Positions 50,252 through 64,000 of a stretch of 64,000 bases of DNA are shown here, piece after piece. How positions within the stretch are numbered: the first letter of the stretch is position 1; the number at the start of each line of letters is the position of its first letter. Origin of the DNA: Takakia lepidozioides (taxonomy: Eukaryota; Plantae; Bryophyta); NCBI GenBank assembly GCA_030704615.1, contig CM060732.1, positions 2,852,001 to 2,916,000 on the forward strand, in the 5' to 3' direction. The notes below the pieces were generated by a model that was given only the letters and a program-made list of their open reading frames with translations, did not search any database and was not told where the DNA came from. Made by a program: the position numbers and the translations under genes.

Positions 50252-53200
50252 GTCAACTCTCTTTAAATTATTCGAACTAATCGAGCTGTCTTTGCACTGA
50301 AGCATATCTTGGAAGACTTTAATTCGGAGAACAGCAAAGCAAGGGTCTAGACTTTTAGTACATGAAGTTTCTTAAATGAAGAAGAAAAGATTTTCAGCTG
50401 ATGGAATCAGTGGGTGAGATGAGAGGATGCTGAACTGGTGATACTGCTACAATTCTTGTAGCTGTACTCTTTTGAGTCAAGAAGAGCAGAACAGGATGCA
50501 GAGGAAATTACTATTTCTAGGCCCTAGCTCAAGACTAGCTCCATAACCAGTGTAATCCATTCTTAAATGAATGCATACCTTTTGGGGACAAGCAGTGCTA
50601 GAACTACCAAATATTGAGGACGCCAAATGATTGCTGGGAACTCTTCACCAGGTTAGAGTAAAAATAATTATCATGTCATCCTAATTATTTTAAATATGGT
50701 CAGTAATAACCAGATGAGTGTCATTGTTACAGCTCTAGTACTCAGCTCTGATTGCCATCCAGCAGAACAAGTTGGTGACAGCAGATATTTGCCACTAATC
50801 GAGCATGTTCACTCAAGGCTTTATTGGTACTTCATAATGATTCATGTAGGAAGCAACTGTGTTATTCTATCTGAAGATGCCTGTGGTTGCGAAGCCACTC
50901 AAATTCAGTGAGCTTCTTATCTTCTTACTCAACCCATCTGAACCACAAGCTACCATGTTTTGCATCATATGTTACAGATAGTCGTAACAGAAATATGCTG
51001 ACTTCTGGATGGCACTTACATGTACCAAATCTATGTTGGCTTCTGGAAGCCACTTAGAGAGGATATCGTTAATGCCAATCAAACTCTTACCTGCCAGATC
51101 CATGTATAACATGGAAGTTCATACCGGTGTTGATTTTACTTCAGTAAGTCGTAGAATACACACGGTTGTCTTCGTAGCGGTACACAGAGTGCCTGCCAAC
51201 AGAAACCTTTGTTTAGTTAGGAACCATACATGCATGAGATATACTTTTGAACATTCCCTGTAGATGTTACTATGAGGTGCCATTCCCCCCTGGTCCCTAG
51301 GGCCAGTCAATGAGTTTTAACCCACTCAGCTAGGAATAACCTGAAGAGTGCTAACAGCTCATCCACCAGAAAGAGAAGAAGAAAAAGAGCTTCATGAGAA
51401 CTGTCCGTAGGCATGACCGGCAAGCATTATGCATATTTCCGTCCACCAGATCAAGAGATTTCAAATGAGAAATCGAAAACATAAGCAGTGCTACTGTCTG
51501 CATACCTCCAGTGCTGAAGCTACTAGCAACAGCGTAGCTTCCTGCCATGGCCGGCCTATGAGCTGCAAACCAATTGGCAGAACCTTGGAATCATACCTGC
51601 AGTCAAGTAAGGATTCAATTAGAACATGGTATACAGAGGATTAATGCTCCACAGGATCGAGGCCCTCACCCGGCTTGACTAATTCGAGGCACTTCCTCAA
51701 CTCAGCCACCTCATTGGCCCTCCTCATCTCCTCCTCCCTCATCCTCAACATTGGGCTAGGAACGACCACTTCCAAAGGCCCTTGAACCTGACCTTGGGCC
51801 TTGGCAAGTGCAGCCTTCGCTGCAGAGGAAGGGGTCGCTATAGGGGTGACATCCAAAAGTTCCCCATACCGGGATCCCGAATGGGTGATGCGCTTGCTAA
51901 TTTCACCCGTCTTGGTGGCCGGGGGTGTGCTCAACTGTGCATCCAGCTCAGCAACAACCTCCCGAACAGGAGAGCTGGCTGAGCCGGCCCTGGCGCATCC
52001 AAGATAGGGACAAGATGGGGGACTAGCCTTGTACTAGGTAGCGCACTGGAACGCGGCCGCTTCGGGCCGTAGCAAGAGCTGTGCGTGGCGAGACGTGGGA
52101 GTGTTGAGCCAGTCACAGCGACCTGCTACAGCCCGTAGCAGCCGCGCTCCAGTGCGCTACAAGACGTAATGTCATTGTCGCTAAGGATGGAGCAGGTCAT
52201 AAAGTGACCTGCTGAGTAGGTCTTTCAGCCCTGTCACATCATAAAGGACACACAAAGAACACAAAATACGAGATGAAAAAAAGGGGACATGCTACAGGAA
52301 ATAGCAGGCCTCCTCGTACGCAATCAAAACCTGCCACGTCCGCGAGATACTCACGGCAGTGCATTTCGGGGGGCGGACGACTCCGCTGGATTTTTCATCC
52401 ATGTCGGATGTCATCCATACCGGGTGACATCCTGGAAACCTACGGAATTCATCCCTGCTGGAAGAAATAGACCTATCAGCTATAACAATTTTCTATCCAG
52501 ACCGGATGAAATCATGGGGCACGATTCTGGTTCACTTCTCTAAACCCTAACCAATTGCTGGCATTTGCACTGCAGAACTCCATAAAAGACAACTTGGTCT
52601 ACACAAAACGAAAATCATTGAGAGTGAGATCCCCAATAAGACCCAAGCCCTCGTCCGAGATGTCATCGTCCTTGCAGGTAGCGGTCGCGGACCAAGTACA
52701 GATCCAAAGTTGTCAAGTCTATAGCAATCCCTGACCCAAGCCTTTAAGAGACGATATTGTCAGAGATAGCAAAGCACTACTCAAAAGCCATCAAACCAAA
52801 GATGTGGAAAAACTACATCATATCACCACCGCCTGTGTGGACCCGGCCGAGAAGGTATGCAAATGTCTGCTACTATTTTACTATCTCATTAAAATCCTCT
52901 GTCAGCTATCAAAATTGCTCTCTAACATATGTTACAAGATGAGTGCGGAAGCGTGGAGGCAGCCGTGGCCCAGCCACGACGTACGGGGAGCGGGGCCCCA
53001 GCGCTGACCTTAAGTCGTACTGAGATCAAGTACATCAGCCGCGTGGTTCAGGCGTGAGGCCCTGAAGCGTGCGAGCAGAGGGCGGGTCTTTACCTGCAGG
53101 ATAACCAAAAGCTGAGACGGACCGGCGGACGCCGACGTTAACCGCAGCGGTCCATGGCTTGGACCGCTACACGCGGATCTGCGCCCCGCCACGTGGCGGG

Positions 53201-53534
53201 GGCGTTTTACCCAGCGGATGAGGCGTTTGCAAATTCCCTTAAAGGGGGGTATTCTTACCTTTAGCTATTAGATTCAATTTATACCCCTCTACCCTCTAAG
53301 GGTTAGGAGCCATTATCTAAGGCGTCAGTGGTAGATAAAATCTAGGATTTTGGGAGGATGTAGCCTTGGAGGGGAGCGTTATTATGATTCCAAGAGAGAG
53401 CCAAGCGGGCCTATGAGCAGTGAGCTAGAGGCGGAGACCTCGAGAGACAAGGAGGAGAGAAAGTACTATGTCCTAAAAACTCGGCTACAGTGTTGTTTTT
53501 GTGCAGCCTCTTCTATTTGACACATTCATCAAGA

Positions 53535-54050
53535 AGAATTCAGTTTTGAATTTTGGGGAGACGGTTGTATGGTTGACTCCACAGTGGACCCTATAGAGTA
53601 TGACATTCTCTTCAACCATGTCTCACCACGCAATATTCCATGCGACATGGGGGGGAGGGCTTGGAGGCATGGGAGGACAAGAAGTCCCACTTTCATTCAA
53701 ATGCTGATGGAAACATGTTCAAGCATAGAAGGCAGGTTGTTGGACATTGCAGCGCACACAAGTAGGAGATTCTTGTAATTGCGGTGTCGTTATTAGAGTC
53801 CATTGTCTTCTATAGATATTCATGGATTTACTATGGCTACTCATGATTGCCATTGACATATTTGTTCTTGATCACTAGACTCATGGATAGGTGCTTCAAT
53901 GTACTGGGCCGGGCGCGAGTCTAGTCGGCATGTCTTCGCATTTGAAGGAAAAACAGCCTTCTACGACTCCCATGTAGCGGGCCTGCAACAATTGCCGGCA
54001 GAGGAGGAGCATGAGGACGATGAGGACTGGCAAGAAAGAACCTTCTGGCA
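53535..54050 (+). pseudogene. Second, diverged remnant of the transposon methyltransferase-like gene (motifs X-I-II)
   Basis: FEFWGDGCMVDSTVDPIEYDILFNH...AWRHGRTRSPTFIQMLMETCSSIEGRLLDIAAHTS |intron 53762-53890| ASMYWAGRESSRHVFAFEGK aligns with 1630-1270 on the minus strand and has the same phase-1 intron position. Confidence 0.85.
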
Positions 54051-57000
54051 AAGAATGCCATTTGTATTTCAGTCTTTGTTTCATCAACCATCTCCTCATT
54101 GGACGAGTTTGCAAGGCTGTAACATGGCAGTACGTAAATATTGCCATATGTCAACAAGCGTTTAGGGTTTATAATGGTCAAACATAGATGTCGCTATAAT
54201 TGAACCCAACACGCTTACAATGGTGCAACTCACTCAAATATATGCATTGGGGGAAGCGGCTTCTCCCGTACTTGAGCCTCCTCAACTTCGGTCTCCTCCT
54301 CCCCTTCTTATTTCTTCTCCCATTATATGCAAACACGTCTGCTAGAGATCCATTAGGAGGGCGGAGAGGCCTAATCGGGTAAAGCAGTTACTGGCTGCAA
54401 GAAATGAGAGAATTGGCAATTGAGGGAGGCCCAGTACGGGAATTGTCAAGGCCAAAGTACTCAAGTTTATCGCTTTGTCCACGTCTGAAAATGACGGCGA
54501 TGAGGAGGACACTTTGCAAGCTTAGGTGGAGAGTGAATGGCAATTTCCTAGCCTCTCTTCAGTCAGTGTGGGATTTATTTAGTCTTAAAAAAAAGCCAAT
54601 TCAACTGTATTATGTGATGGGACCTCTTATCTTCGGCAGAAAAATGACACAACAATAGGCTAGTATAAGGTGTTGGGAGCAACAAGACCTTTACAAATGA
54701 TATAATGATGTTGCAATAAGCCAATGTCAGGCTTTACTTTATAATTTTGGGTGACCACAAACAAAAAACGTCGCAGCATCCTGCCATTTTCAATTCTTTT
54801 TTCAAACCCTAAATGTGAATAACGGCGCCGCAATACGCCTAGCCGCATCCCCGGAGTTCAAAAATAGTGCCTATTACCGTGGATATATGCCCTATTACCG
54901 CCAATAACTGCAGATAATTTCTAATTCCGTGGATGCACGCTCATGGGCTCATGAAATAATAAACCTCTCAAAGGTGGACGTGCGTGGGCGTTGTGCCTCT
55001 GGACTAGCAGGGCTCTCACCACGGGGTGGTCCGCGAGGGAGCAACCCGCGACGCGCCCGACTCGATCCCGGAGTGTCAACATCCTCCGCATCACCTGAAA
55101 TTTGGCCCTGATCGCTTCTACGATTGTGTCCGCCAGCCTGTATTGGATCAGGTGCAATGGGTCGCTCCTCACCATGAAAAACGGTCGCTCCTCGGCCACA
55201 ATCGATATGTGGTACTGCCTCCCCATCCAAGAGGGAGACGGATCGATGTTTTCTCACCATCGCATCATAATTAACACACACCACCAGTACTTTCATTTCT
55301 CAAAAACCGTTGGCGAAAAACCCATATGTCCCTTTTCCACCCTACGACAGCAAGGGGTCGCTACGCCCCAATGCCGGGAGGCCGTAGCGACCCTGCGAAA
55401 TTCAAACTCCAAAACCCAGTATCAAAAAATTCTTATAAAGAAAAAAGCGTATCCCAAAAAGACCAGTCCCACATTGCCTAAGGGCCTGGGCCTTTGCCTC
55501 AGCCTCGGGACTTTCAAAATTGGTAAACAAAGGCGGAGCATCCCTCCGGTGAGAGAGCCCAAGACGAAACAGCAGGATAGAGCCCCCTTAAGCAGGTATA
55601 GGCATGGAATGGTATTTTAAGGCCTCATAAAATAGTTTTACCAAGGTGAAAGAGCAGCTCAGAAACCCCTGTTTGTTATCAAGCCATGAAGCCAAAATGA
55701 TATGAGGGCCTTGAAGAATGTGTGTTATCTGTCAAAGCCTATCCTTTTGATCCATCAGAGTCATACCAAGAAGTTTCATTTCAGAGCCAAGTATCAAAGC
55801 AGTCAGAGTAATAACTGCTATTTTTGTATCCTTGTACCCTTCATAGCTTAACTCCTACACATGCAAATGTGGTTGTAAAAAACCATAAACAGGGGTAGGG
55901 AGAGAAGCAGATCCTCATTGGAGCCATCTTGAAGCAGGTCTGAAGCGGCATGGTGGCAGTTTGAAACATCAGATGGCATCAGCAGCATAGGCAGCAGCAG
56001 AATTCACATTTGCAAGAACAAGAGCTGCAAGCTTCAAGAAATCAAGACAAGTGAAGACCCTCACCTGTGCCCGTCCCAAAAACCACCACATAGCGATGTG
56101 TGTTAGTGAGGATGCAGCAGGTAAATGGCAGGTCTTCATAGTTGCTATCCATGTCAGTGTTGAATTCTAAAGCAAGTACAGATCACAATTCAAGCAAGGG
56201 TAAACTCAAAAAACCTTGAGTGTTTGTGGTATGCCCTGCGCCATGGCGTCCAACAGATCGTCTCCAACAGAACGCAATCAGAGTAGAAGCGTTCACAGAT
56301 AGAGAATGGCTCATACACAAAGAGAGAGCAACATGTAATCTGTAGATAAATAGGGATAGAGTACTTCCCAACAAGGAGTAAAAGCGCCGCTGTAAAATAA
56401 AGAACCATGAGTTTATGATCAAAGCGATCACCGCTTTGTCGTCTGCCAGAGAAGAATCTGTTTAACCACCAATGCGCATCCCAAGAGCCAGCCATCACGA
56501 GTACCATGTAGCAGCAGGGGAGCAGGTTTATACGGCGCATCATCAAGGTTCACTGAAGCACGAGTTCAGTGCAGTGAAGTGCGTCGGCCTGCTTAGGGCA
56601 AAACTTTCCGATTTTTCATCCAGGGTGGATGAAAAATCTCATTTTACCAAGAGAGGCACTTTGTCAATGGATGACATCCCATAGAAATGTATCTTTTAGG
56701 GTTATGGTATAGGCTTAGGTTTAATAACTGCCATCATTTATGATGGTAGTTTTATTATTCTCTTGGATTTTATAATAGGTAACCATTATTTATGTAGATC
56801 ATCCAGTTTAGATGAAAGAAATAGATGGTAAATCCAGCTTTCTGTACATTAAGTTTCATCACCCTATAATCAAATCATCCAGATTTGGATGAAAAAGGCT
56901 GGGATGAAAAACTAAATAACCTCAAAAAGTTAAGGCCAGATGAAATCCAAAGATTTATAGAGGGAGAGGGAGAGAGGGAGAAAAGGGCAAAAAAAAAATG

Positions 57001-57215
57001 GTGGGGGGGGGGGGGGGGGGAGTGACTGAGCAGCAGCTGCTCAGTCACACCCCCCCCCCCCCCCATTTATTTATTTATTTTTGGTTTCCTTCTCTCTCCT
57101 TCTCTCTCCCTCTCTCCTTCTCCTTCTCTTTCTCTCTCTTCCTCTCTTTTGTGCTGCTCACAAAACAAAACAAACCACAGAGAGAGAGAGGGGGCAAAAA
57201 AAGTTAAAAGAGAGA

Positions 57216-59915
57216 GGGAAGATACTCATGTCATGTCAAGACATGGACAAGACCCACTAGGGTCATTGTCAATTAAAGACATAAACAGCCCATAAACAGG
57301 GCACCATCTAACACTTCCATTCTTGTCATGATTTCCCAATTAATTTCACCCAATCATTCATGATAAAACAGGGTGGGAGGGCGGAGTATGTTTATGTACA
57401 GGTCATGACAACAAGACAAGCATATAAACAAGTATCTTGTGTACTGAAAAATCAGATTGCTGCAGCATGTTCAAATTCCTGCAAGTAACCCAAGACATGC
57501 ACCATGCAAGGCTCCTTGGGTAGGTAAGAACAGCCTGCCCTGCTACAGATTCAAGGTATGTTCATACAAGCAACTTGAAGGACCAGCCTGCAATTTACCA
57601 GATTTCAAACATGCAACCAAGTAATCTTCTTGGGCATGACAAAACATATTGCAGCTTCACTCTTTGCCATTTGTAAGTACCCCAAGACATGCATCATGCA
57701 AGGCTCCTTGGGTAGGTAAGAACAGCCTGTTCTACTACAGCTTCAAGATATGATCATACAAGTACCTCGAAGGACCAGCCTGCAATTAATCAGATTTCAA
57801 GCATGCAACCAAGTAAATTTCTTGGGCAAGACAAACCATATTGTAGCTTCACACTTGGTCAATTGTAAGTACCCCAAGACATGCATCGTGCAAGGCCTCT
57901 TGGGTAGGTAAGAATAGCCTGCCAATGTACAGATTCAAGACCTATGTACACAAGCATCTTGATGGACCAGCCTGCAATTTATCAGACTCCAAACATGCAA
58001 CCAAGTGACCCACTTGGGCATGACAAGACAGACTGCAACTTCATTCTACACCATGTACAATTGCCCCAAGATATGCATCATGTAAGGCATTTTGGCATGG
58101 AAGAAAGGCATGCCATGTTACAGCTTCAAGATATGGACACACATACACTTTGAGTGCCCGAGACCAAGCCCACTTGGCCAAAAAAATAAATCATACATTG
58201 CGGGTGGCTGGTCAGATGGCAAAATGAGGCAAATCATCACTGGCAAAGGTCCAATGGAGCTTACCACCACTATTTTCCAGGAGGCTAATGCCATGTTTTG
58301 CAAATAAAACCTCACTATGATCCATTCCACATCAAATCCAGGCCTGAAAGAGGCCTGTCGTTGCCTTATCAGGCTGCCATCTTTAAAAACAGGGCCTCAT
58401 CTTCCTTAGAACCTAACAGCCACTGATGCCTTTACCCATAAACCATCATTTCTCTTTTAAGGCCAAAACTGTACCTAGTTTAAGAATCCACGGGCAATGT
58501 TGTCAAAGATTCAAGACAAAGTAAGGTCCAGATGGTGGGCTTCAAGAGACAGGCCTGCCAGGCCGAAATGCTCCATCAAAGGCAGCAAAACATAAGTCAA
58601 AAGTAAGCATCAACATGCCAAACCAGGAGCAAGCGGGCCGAAATCGGGGCTGCAGGCAGCAGCCAAGTCATGACACCATACAGAATAGGTTCCCTTTGTC
58701 CACATCCTTATCTGCAAGCTCAAGAGAATTCAAGGCAAGTAGGGATCCTCACCTGGTCCCATCACAAGCCCCCACAAAAACCAACAGGTTAGTGAGGATT
58801 GTGGAACCCCAGGTGAATCATAAACCCCTACACTTGTCATCGATGTCAACTAAGAACCTCAAAAGCAAGAGAGAAAAACATAAAGTAAAAGGAACCCTAA
58901 TCACCAAAAGCACCTTGAGCGATTGGGGAAGGTAACTGTGTGCCATCGCCACCAGCAAGCCACCTCCAGCACAGCTAAGGAGAAGTGAAGCATACAAGCA
59001 TCCTTGCTAGGTTTAAGAAGGGAGAGAGAGATACTTCCCCACACAAGCGCCGCTGCGAAACATAAAAGCCAGAGGAGGGAAAGAGATGATGCAATCACAA
59101 CAGGGTCTCCCGCCTGTGAGAAGAGACAAGACGCCGCCATTGCGCATCCCTAGGAGCTCGTCCGGCATGGGCACGAAGCAGCAGACAGGGTAGCAGCAAA
59201 GCTCAGACGCCATAACTCTCAGCCCGCGAGCTCAGAAACATGAGGAGTGCTGCTGACGGCGGGAGAGACACCCTAGGGCCGTGCCCGATTTTTCATCCGT
59301 GCAGGATGAGTAATCAACACCCCTTATTTCGAGACCCGACGGATGTCATCCGTTAGCTAGGTTTAAACAGTAGGTTATAGGGTAGGGGTTAGGGTTTCAC
59401 TCTTTAATTAGCCATAATTAAGGGTAATTAAACAAAGGTCCAGGGCCATCATATGCTGCATATTTCATCCGGTTCAGATGAAAAAGTTAATAAGTTCATC
59501 TAGTTGGAGAAGGTCCGTCAGTAGGATGGAAAAATAGTACATATCATCCAAGGCAACGGTTTCTCATCCTAACAGGTAATTCATCATCCCCTAAGAAAAG
59601 CCTCATCTAGCACGGAAAAAAAGGCCATAAAAGAGGAATAAACGAATTAATATCCTGGTATTTTTCATCCGGTATGGATGGAAAAATTTATATATAGGAT
59701 GCGAGTGTTAACCCCTACAGAGGTAATTCCTCATTCTCTGGTGATTCATCTGGTATGGGTGAAAGTCAATAAAAGAAGAATGAAAAAATCATAGACTCAG
59801 CTTAGAGGTAATTTAGTGTCCACCCTGGTAGTGTCCACCCTGTCATAATCCATCCGGTATAGATGGAAAAACAGGAAATTAACACTGATAAAACCGGCCA
59901 ATTCCAAGGAGGGAG
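57216..59915 (-). mobile_element. Non-coding dispersed repeat family, copy A
   Basis: Inverted similarity to 61290-63590 (e.g. 58745-58960 vs 62165-62395; 57300-57380 vs 63510-63590). Many TTTTCATCC/GGATGAAAA motifs. A related upstream copy ends at 57215 (56930-57215 resembles 59920-60172). Confidence 0.75.
57480..58130. repeat. 192-bp tandem repeat, about 3.5 copies
   Basis: CCCAAGACATGCA at about 57489, 57681 and 57873, with a degenerate copy at 58065. Confidence 0.88.
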
Positions 59916-61119
59916 GGAGAGAGAGGGAGAGAGGGGGCAACAAAGGAAAAAAAAAAGGTGGTTGGGGGGGGGGGAGGGAGTGATTGAGCAGCGGCCGCTT
60001 AGTCACTGCCCCCCCCCACATTTTTCTTTTTTTTGGTTTCCTGATCTCTCCATCTCTCTCCCCCTCTTCCTCTTCCTCTCTCTACCTCTCTCTCCATCTC
60101 TTTTGTGCTGCTCACAAAACAAAACAAACCAGAGAGGGAGAGAGAGGGCAGAAAAAGTTAAAAAGAGAGAGGGAGAGGAACAGACACAAAAGAGAGGGAG
60201 AGAGTGGGAGAGAGAGGGAGAGGCAGAGAGAAGGAGAGAGAGGGAGAGATCAGGCAACAAAGAAAAAAAAAAAAGTGGGGGGGGGGGACTGAGTGTAACT
60301 TATGGAGTCACCTTCTTTTGGAGTGACATGAGCGTAACTTATGGAGTCATTTCACCCCAAAGGGCTACTGCCTTCCGCTCTAGGAAGGTGGACACCTTCA
60401 TGACACACCAGACCGTGGTTTGAACCCACAACCACATCCAACGTGGTATGTGCCCATTAACACTGGGCTATATGCTAGTTCCCAAAGAACAAATGAAAAC
60501 GGGGGGGGGGGGGAGGTGCTTCAAGCACTTAGAAAAAACGAAGGGCGGCGGCGCCTACGTGCGATGTCCGGCCGTCGCACGCCTGCGCCCCATTTTGTTT
60601 TTGAAATTCAAACTGTGTATTTGCGACGGCGGGCCGTCGCGGCTTGCGACCCCCGGCCTCACAAATAAAAAAAAACGCGTCGCATGCAGCAACATCCGGG
60701 CTTTTTAGGTTTAGGGTTTAGGCCCTTTCAGGGTTTTTTTTTTTTTTTTTTTTCTCCATATGGTATTGGGGTAGGGTGTTTGTTTTTCTTTATGGTGCTG
60801 GGTTTTGGATTGGCGGTTTTGGTTGTGGGTCTTGGGGTTGAAAGGATAAATAGTGTAAGGATTCACATATCCAAAAAGTGGTTCAATTTGATAAGCGCAA
60901 AGCGCTGGGTCTTAGTAAATATTCCCATGGTGTAGGCAACCTGAAGATAGAACATGAGGAAGGATTTATTTCTCCCTTTTTAAGAATCTTGCTTATATCT
61001 TGGTTCTAAAACATCATCTTCAAACCAAACCTGCAATCTGGTTTTTGAAATGAGTTTGAAATGAATTTTTGAGATGATGATGCATACTATGGTGCTTTCA
61101 TGATATGAATGACCTGGGA

Positions 61120-63590
61120 TCCCACCCTCCCGCCCTGTTTTTTCAGAGACCCTGAAATGTAATGGGGTATTCAAATGAGATTGTAAAAATGAAAGGGAAT
61201 GTTAGATGGTGCCCTGTAAAGGGCTGTTTTGTCTTTCAATGACAATGACCTTAGCGGTCTTGTCCATGTCTTGACATGACATGTATATCTTCCCTCTCTA
61301 CTGGGAATTGGCAGTTTGCTATCAGTGTTGATTGATTTTTTGTTTTCTCATCCTCTATCAAGCTTTTTCATCCTTACCGGATGAGCCACCAGGATGGACA
61401 CTGAATTACCTCTAGGATGGTTCTTTTGGCCTTTTCATTCCTCCTCTATTGACTCTCATCTATACCAGATGAGTCACCATGGAAGAAAAGAATTACCTCT
61501 ATGGAGGTTGCCAATAGCATCCTGTTTTTCCATCCGTATCGAATGAAAAACTACCAGGGTGATAATTATCCATACCGGATGGTCTAGTAAGGAATGATAG
61601 AATTATCTAGATGGAGGTAAGGCGCTGCCACGGATGATATTCCCTATTTTTTCATCCTGACACAAGTGATCTGTCTTGAATGATGTGATTATGGCCTGGA
61701 ATTGATCTTTACTACCCCTAATTATGATTAATTACGGTGGAAACCCTAACCCCTACCCCAAACCTATTTTTAACCTTGCTGCGGATGAAATCCGTCAGGG
61801 TATATGGATTTGTCCTACTGTTTTTCATCCACAGATGAATAATCGAGGGACAACCCTATGTCGTCTCTCCTGCTGTCAGAAGCACACGATTTGCTTTTGA
61901 GCTCGCGAGGAGAGTGTTATGGCGGGCGTGCTTCGGTGGCTACCCTGTTTGTGGTGTCGTACCCATGCTGGACAAGCGCCTGGGGGGGCGCGAAGGCGGC
62001 GCCTTGTCTCTCTTGCAGCCGGAAACACCGCTATGAAAGCAGTGGCATCTTCCCTCCTCTGGCTTTTTCTGTGCTTAGCAAGGATGCTTATGATGGGAAG
62101 TTCTCTCCCTCTTTTCTAGTGCCTTGCGATTGTGCCTGCTTTGCTTCATTGCTTATGTGCTTTGTGGAGGCGGCTTGTTGCGGGTGGTGATGGCGCATAA
62201 CCCTCTTCCCCAATCGCTTAAGGTGCCTTTGGAGTTTAGGGATTCTCATGTTCTTATCTTCTTCTCTTGCTTTTGAGTTTCTTAGTTGACATCGATGACA
62301 AGTGTGAGGGTCTGTGATTCACCTGGGGTTCCACAATCCTCACTAACCTGTTGGTTTTTGTGGGGGCTTGTGATGGGACCAGGTGAGGATCCTCACCTAC
62401 TTTGAAGTTTCTTGAGCATGCAGATTGGGATATGGGCTGAGGAGACCTATGGGTTTTTGCGCTGTGAGGTGGCTGCTGCCTGCAGCCCCGATTTCAACCT
62501 CACTGCCCCTGGTTTGGCATGCTACAGCCTGCGTTTTGGCCTTTGTCGTTCTGCCGCCGATGCGCAGCTCGGCCTAACTGGCATGTTTCCTGAGGCTTGC
62601 ATACAAACCATACCCTACCTTTTGATCTTTGACAGCAAGGCCTGTGGATTATTGAGCTAGGTTGTAAGTTCTTTTGGCCAAAGAGGATCTAGTTTCTGGT
62701 GGTATGTTTTTGGCGGTTTTGGGTATCTATGGACATGGTGGCCTTGAAGGTTATGGCGGCAGCCTGATAGGGCGCCGCCCTGCTCCTTTTCGGGCTTGCT
62801 TCTGATGTGTATTGGATCATAGTAAGGTGTTCTTTGCATGTTTTAGCATGGAACTCTTGAAGGATGAGGATGGTAAGCTGCAATGGGATCCTACCTATAG
62901 TTTTGGCTCTGTCATGACATCAGGCCTATGACCTGCAATCTGGTTTTTTATATGCAAAAGAGGCTGGATCTCGGCTGTTCAAGCTGCTTGTAGGTACAAG
63001 TCTTGAACCTGCATTTTGACAGGCTGAATTCACATTCCCTTCACACCTTGTATGATCACATGTCTCGGGGTGAATACAAATGATATGGAAGTTATTTCAT
63101 CTTGCCCAAGTTGGAGTGCTTGGTGGCATATTGTGATTCTGACAAAGTGCAAGCTGGTCCTTATGCCTTGGCTGATGCATGACCTGCCATAATTAATGGC
63201 TGAATAGGTAAGTTGTTGCAACCCGTGGATCATGTCCAAGATACCTGTGTGAAAACGTGTCTTGAAATGGTAATAGGGCAGGCTGGACCATGGTACCTTG
63301 CCCTTTGCATGACCTCAGCATTTTTGTGCTCCTTCAATACATGACCTGCTGGTAAGGTATGTGTACAGGCTGAACCAAGAGGCCTTGTAGCCTGCACAGG
63401 GGCAACAATATCTTATCTTGTCCCACACATGAACAAATGATTCATTGGCCAAGATGGCTGGATCTTGGGTGTTCAAGATGCTTGCATCCCCTACATGAAC
63501 AAGCCCCGCCCTCCCACCCTGTTTTATCATGACTGATTGGGTGATGTCAATTCATGGGAAGCTATGACAAGAATGGAAATGTTAGATGGG
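61120..63590 (+). mobile_element. Same repeat family: a 3'-terminal piece (61120-61299) joined head-to-tail to copy B (about 61290-63590)
   Basis: 61190-61299 is the reverse complement of 57213-57325; copy B is cut off at about 63590 by gypsy sequence. Confidence 0.72.
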
Positions 63591-63591
63591 C

Positions 63592-64000
63592 AGGGTGCGT
63601 GCTTCATTCAACGCCCCTACACCACAGTTGCATCCTTTACCCATCATGGGATTGGGCTACAGGTGGAGTCTTGACTTTGCAAGGCCTTTGCCACTGACGA
63701 TGCGTCACCACAAATATGTGCTGGTGATGGTGGAGCACTTCTCCAAGTGGATTGAGTTGGTTCCATTGCCTGACAAGTCTAGTGAGGGGGCTGCGTATGC
63801 ATTCCTGGATCGTGTGCTTAGCCGATTCGGTGCTCTAGCTGAGGTACTCACGGACCAAGGGAGAGAGTTCTTGGGGGAGTTTCAGGTTCTGTGTGATAAA
63901 GCCTTGATAGACCACCGTACCACTTCTCGGGATCATCCTGAGGCTGATGGCTTGGCAGAGAGAGTGGTGCAGACGGTGAAGAGGGGTTTGCGCAAGTATG
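63592..64000 (+). mobile_element. Ty3/gypsy integrase core (rve), open to the window end
   Basis: RVRASFNAPTPQLHPLPIMGLGYRWSLDFA...VMVEHFSKWIE...RFGALAEVLTDQGREF...DHPEADGLAERVVQTVKRGLRKY, containing the D,D35E triad; absent from the ORF track because it has no stop in the window. Confidence 0.93.

Noticed and set aside
51641-52200. 97-aa ORF as a gene or gag/ORF1
   Set aside because: Plausible TE fragment, but no diagnostic motif or boundaries that I can support.
57480-58130. 192-bp repeat as a 64-codon protein repeat
   Set aside because: No ORF in the supplied track spans the units.
60700-60725. Interstitial telomere (TTTAGGG)
   Set aside because: Only 2-3 imperfect units; telo-box-like motifs also occur inside the repeat family at 59385 and 61741.

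Overview
Eukaryotic, intron-containing DNA, most consistent with a non-seed land plant (a plant glycine-rich TGD5-family gene, plus RTE-X-like, L1 and gypsy elements); the organism call is inference. About 1-28 kb and 52-64 kb are nested transposons; about 28.5-50.3 kb holds three host genes, one with introns full of RTE-X-like LINE copies. The main object is a complete 11.6-kb Mutator-like element (321-11952; short TIRs; perfect 10-bp TSD AGCCGCCTCG). It carries (i) a GCM/WRKY-like + MULE DDE + SWIM transposase, (ii) a divergently oriented, spliced gene whose C-terminal half has the motif order of a beta-class DNA amino-methyltransferase (N4-C/N6-A) with an altered catalytic motif (DIPD in place of DPPY), and (iii) four non-coding tandem arrays built on one palindrome (GGAAATTCGGCGCCGAATTTCC). 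This copy has frameshifts in both genes. A diverged second copy of the methyltransferase-like gene, with the same intron, lies at 53.5-54.0 kb. The MULE is inserted in a RING-finger gene that appears to be cargo of a hAT element with its own palindrome arrays, and several other DNA-transposon families here also carry family-specific palindrome arrays. All translations, alignments and splice models were done by eye; no database searches were run.
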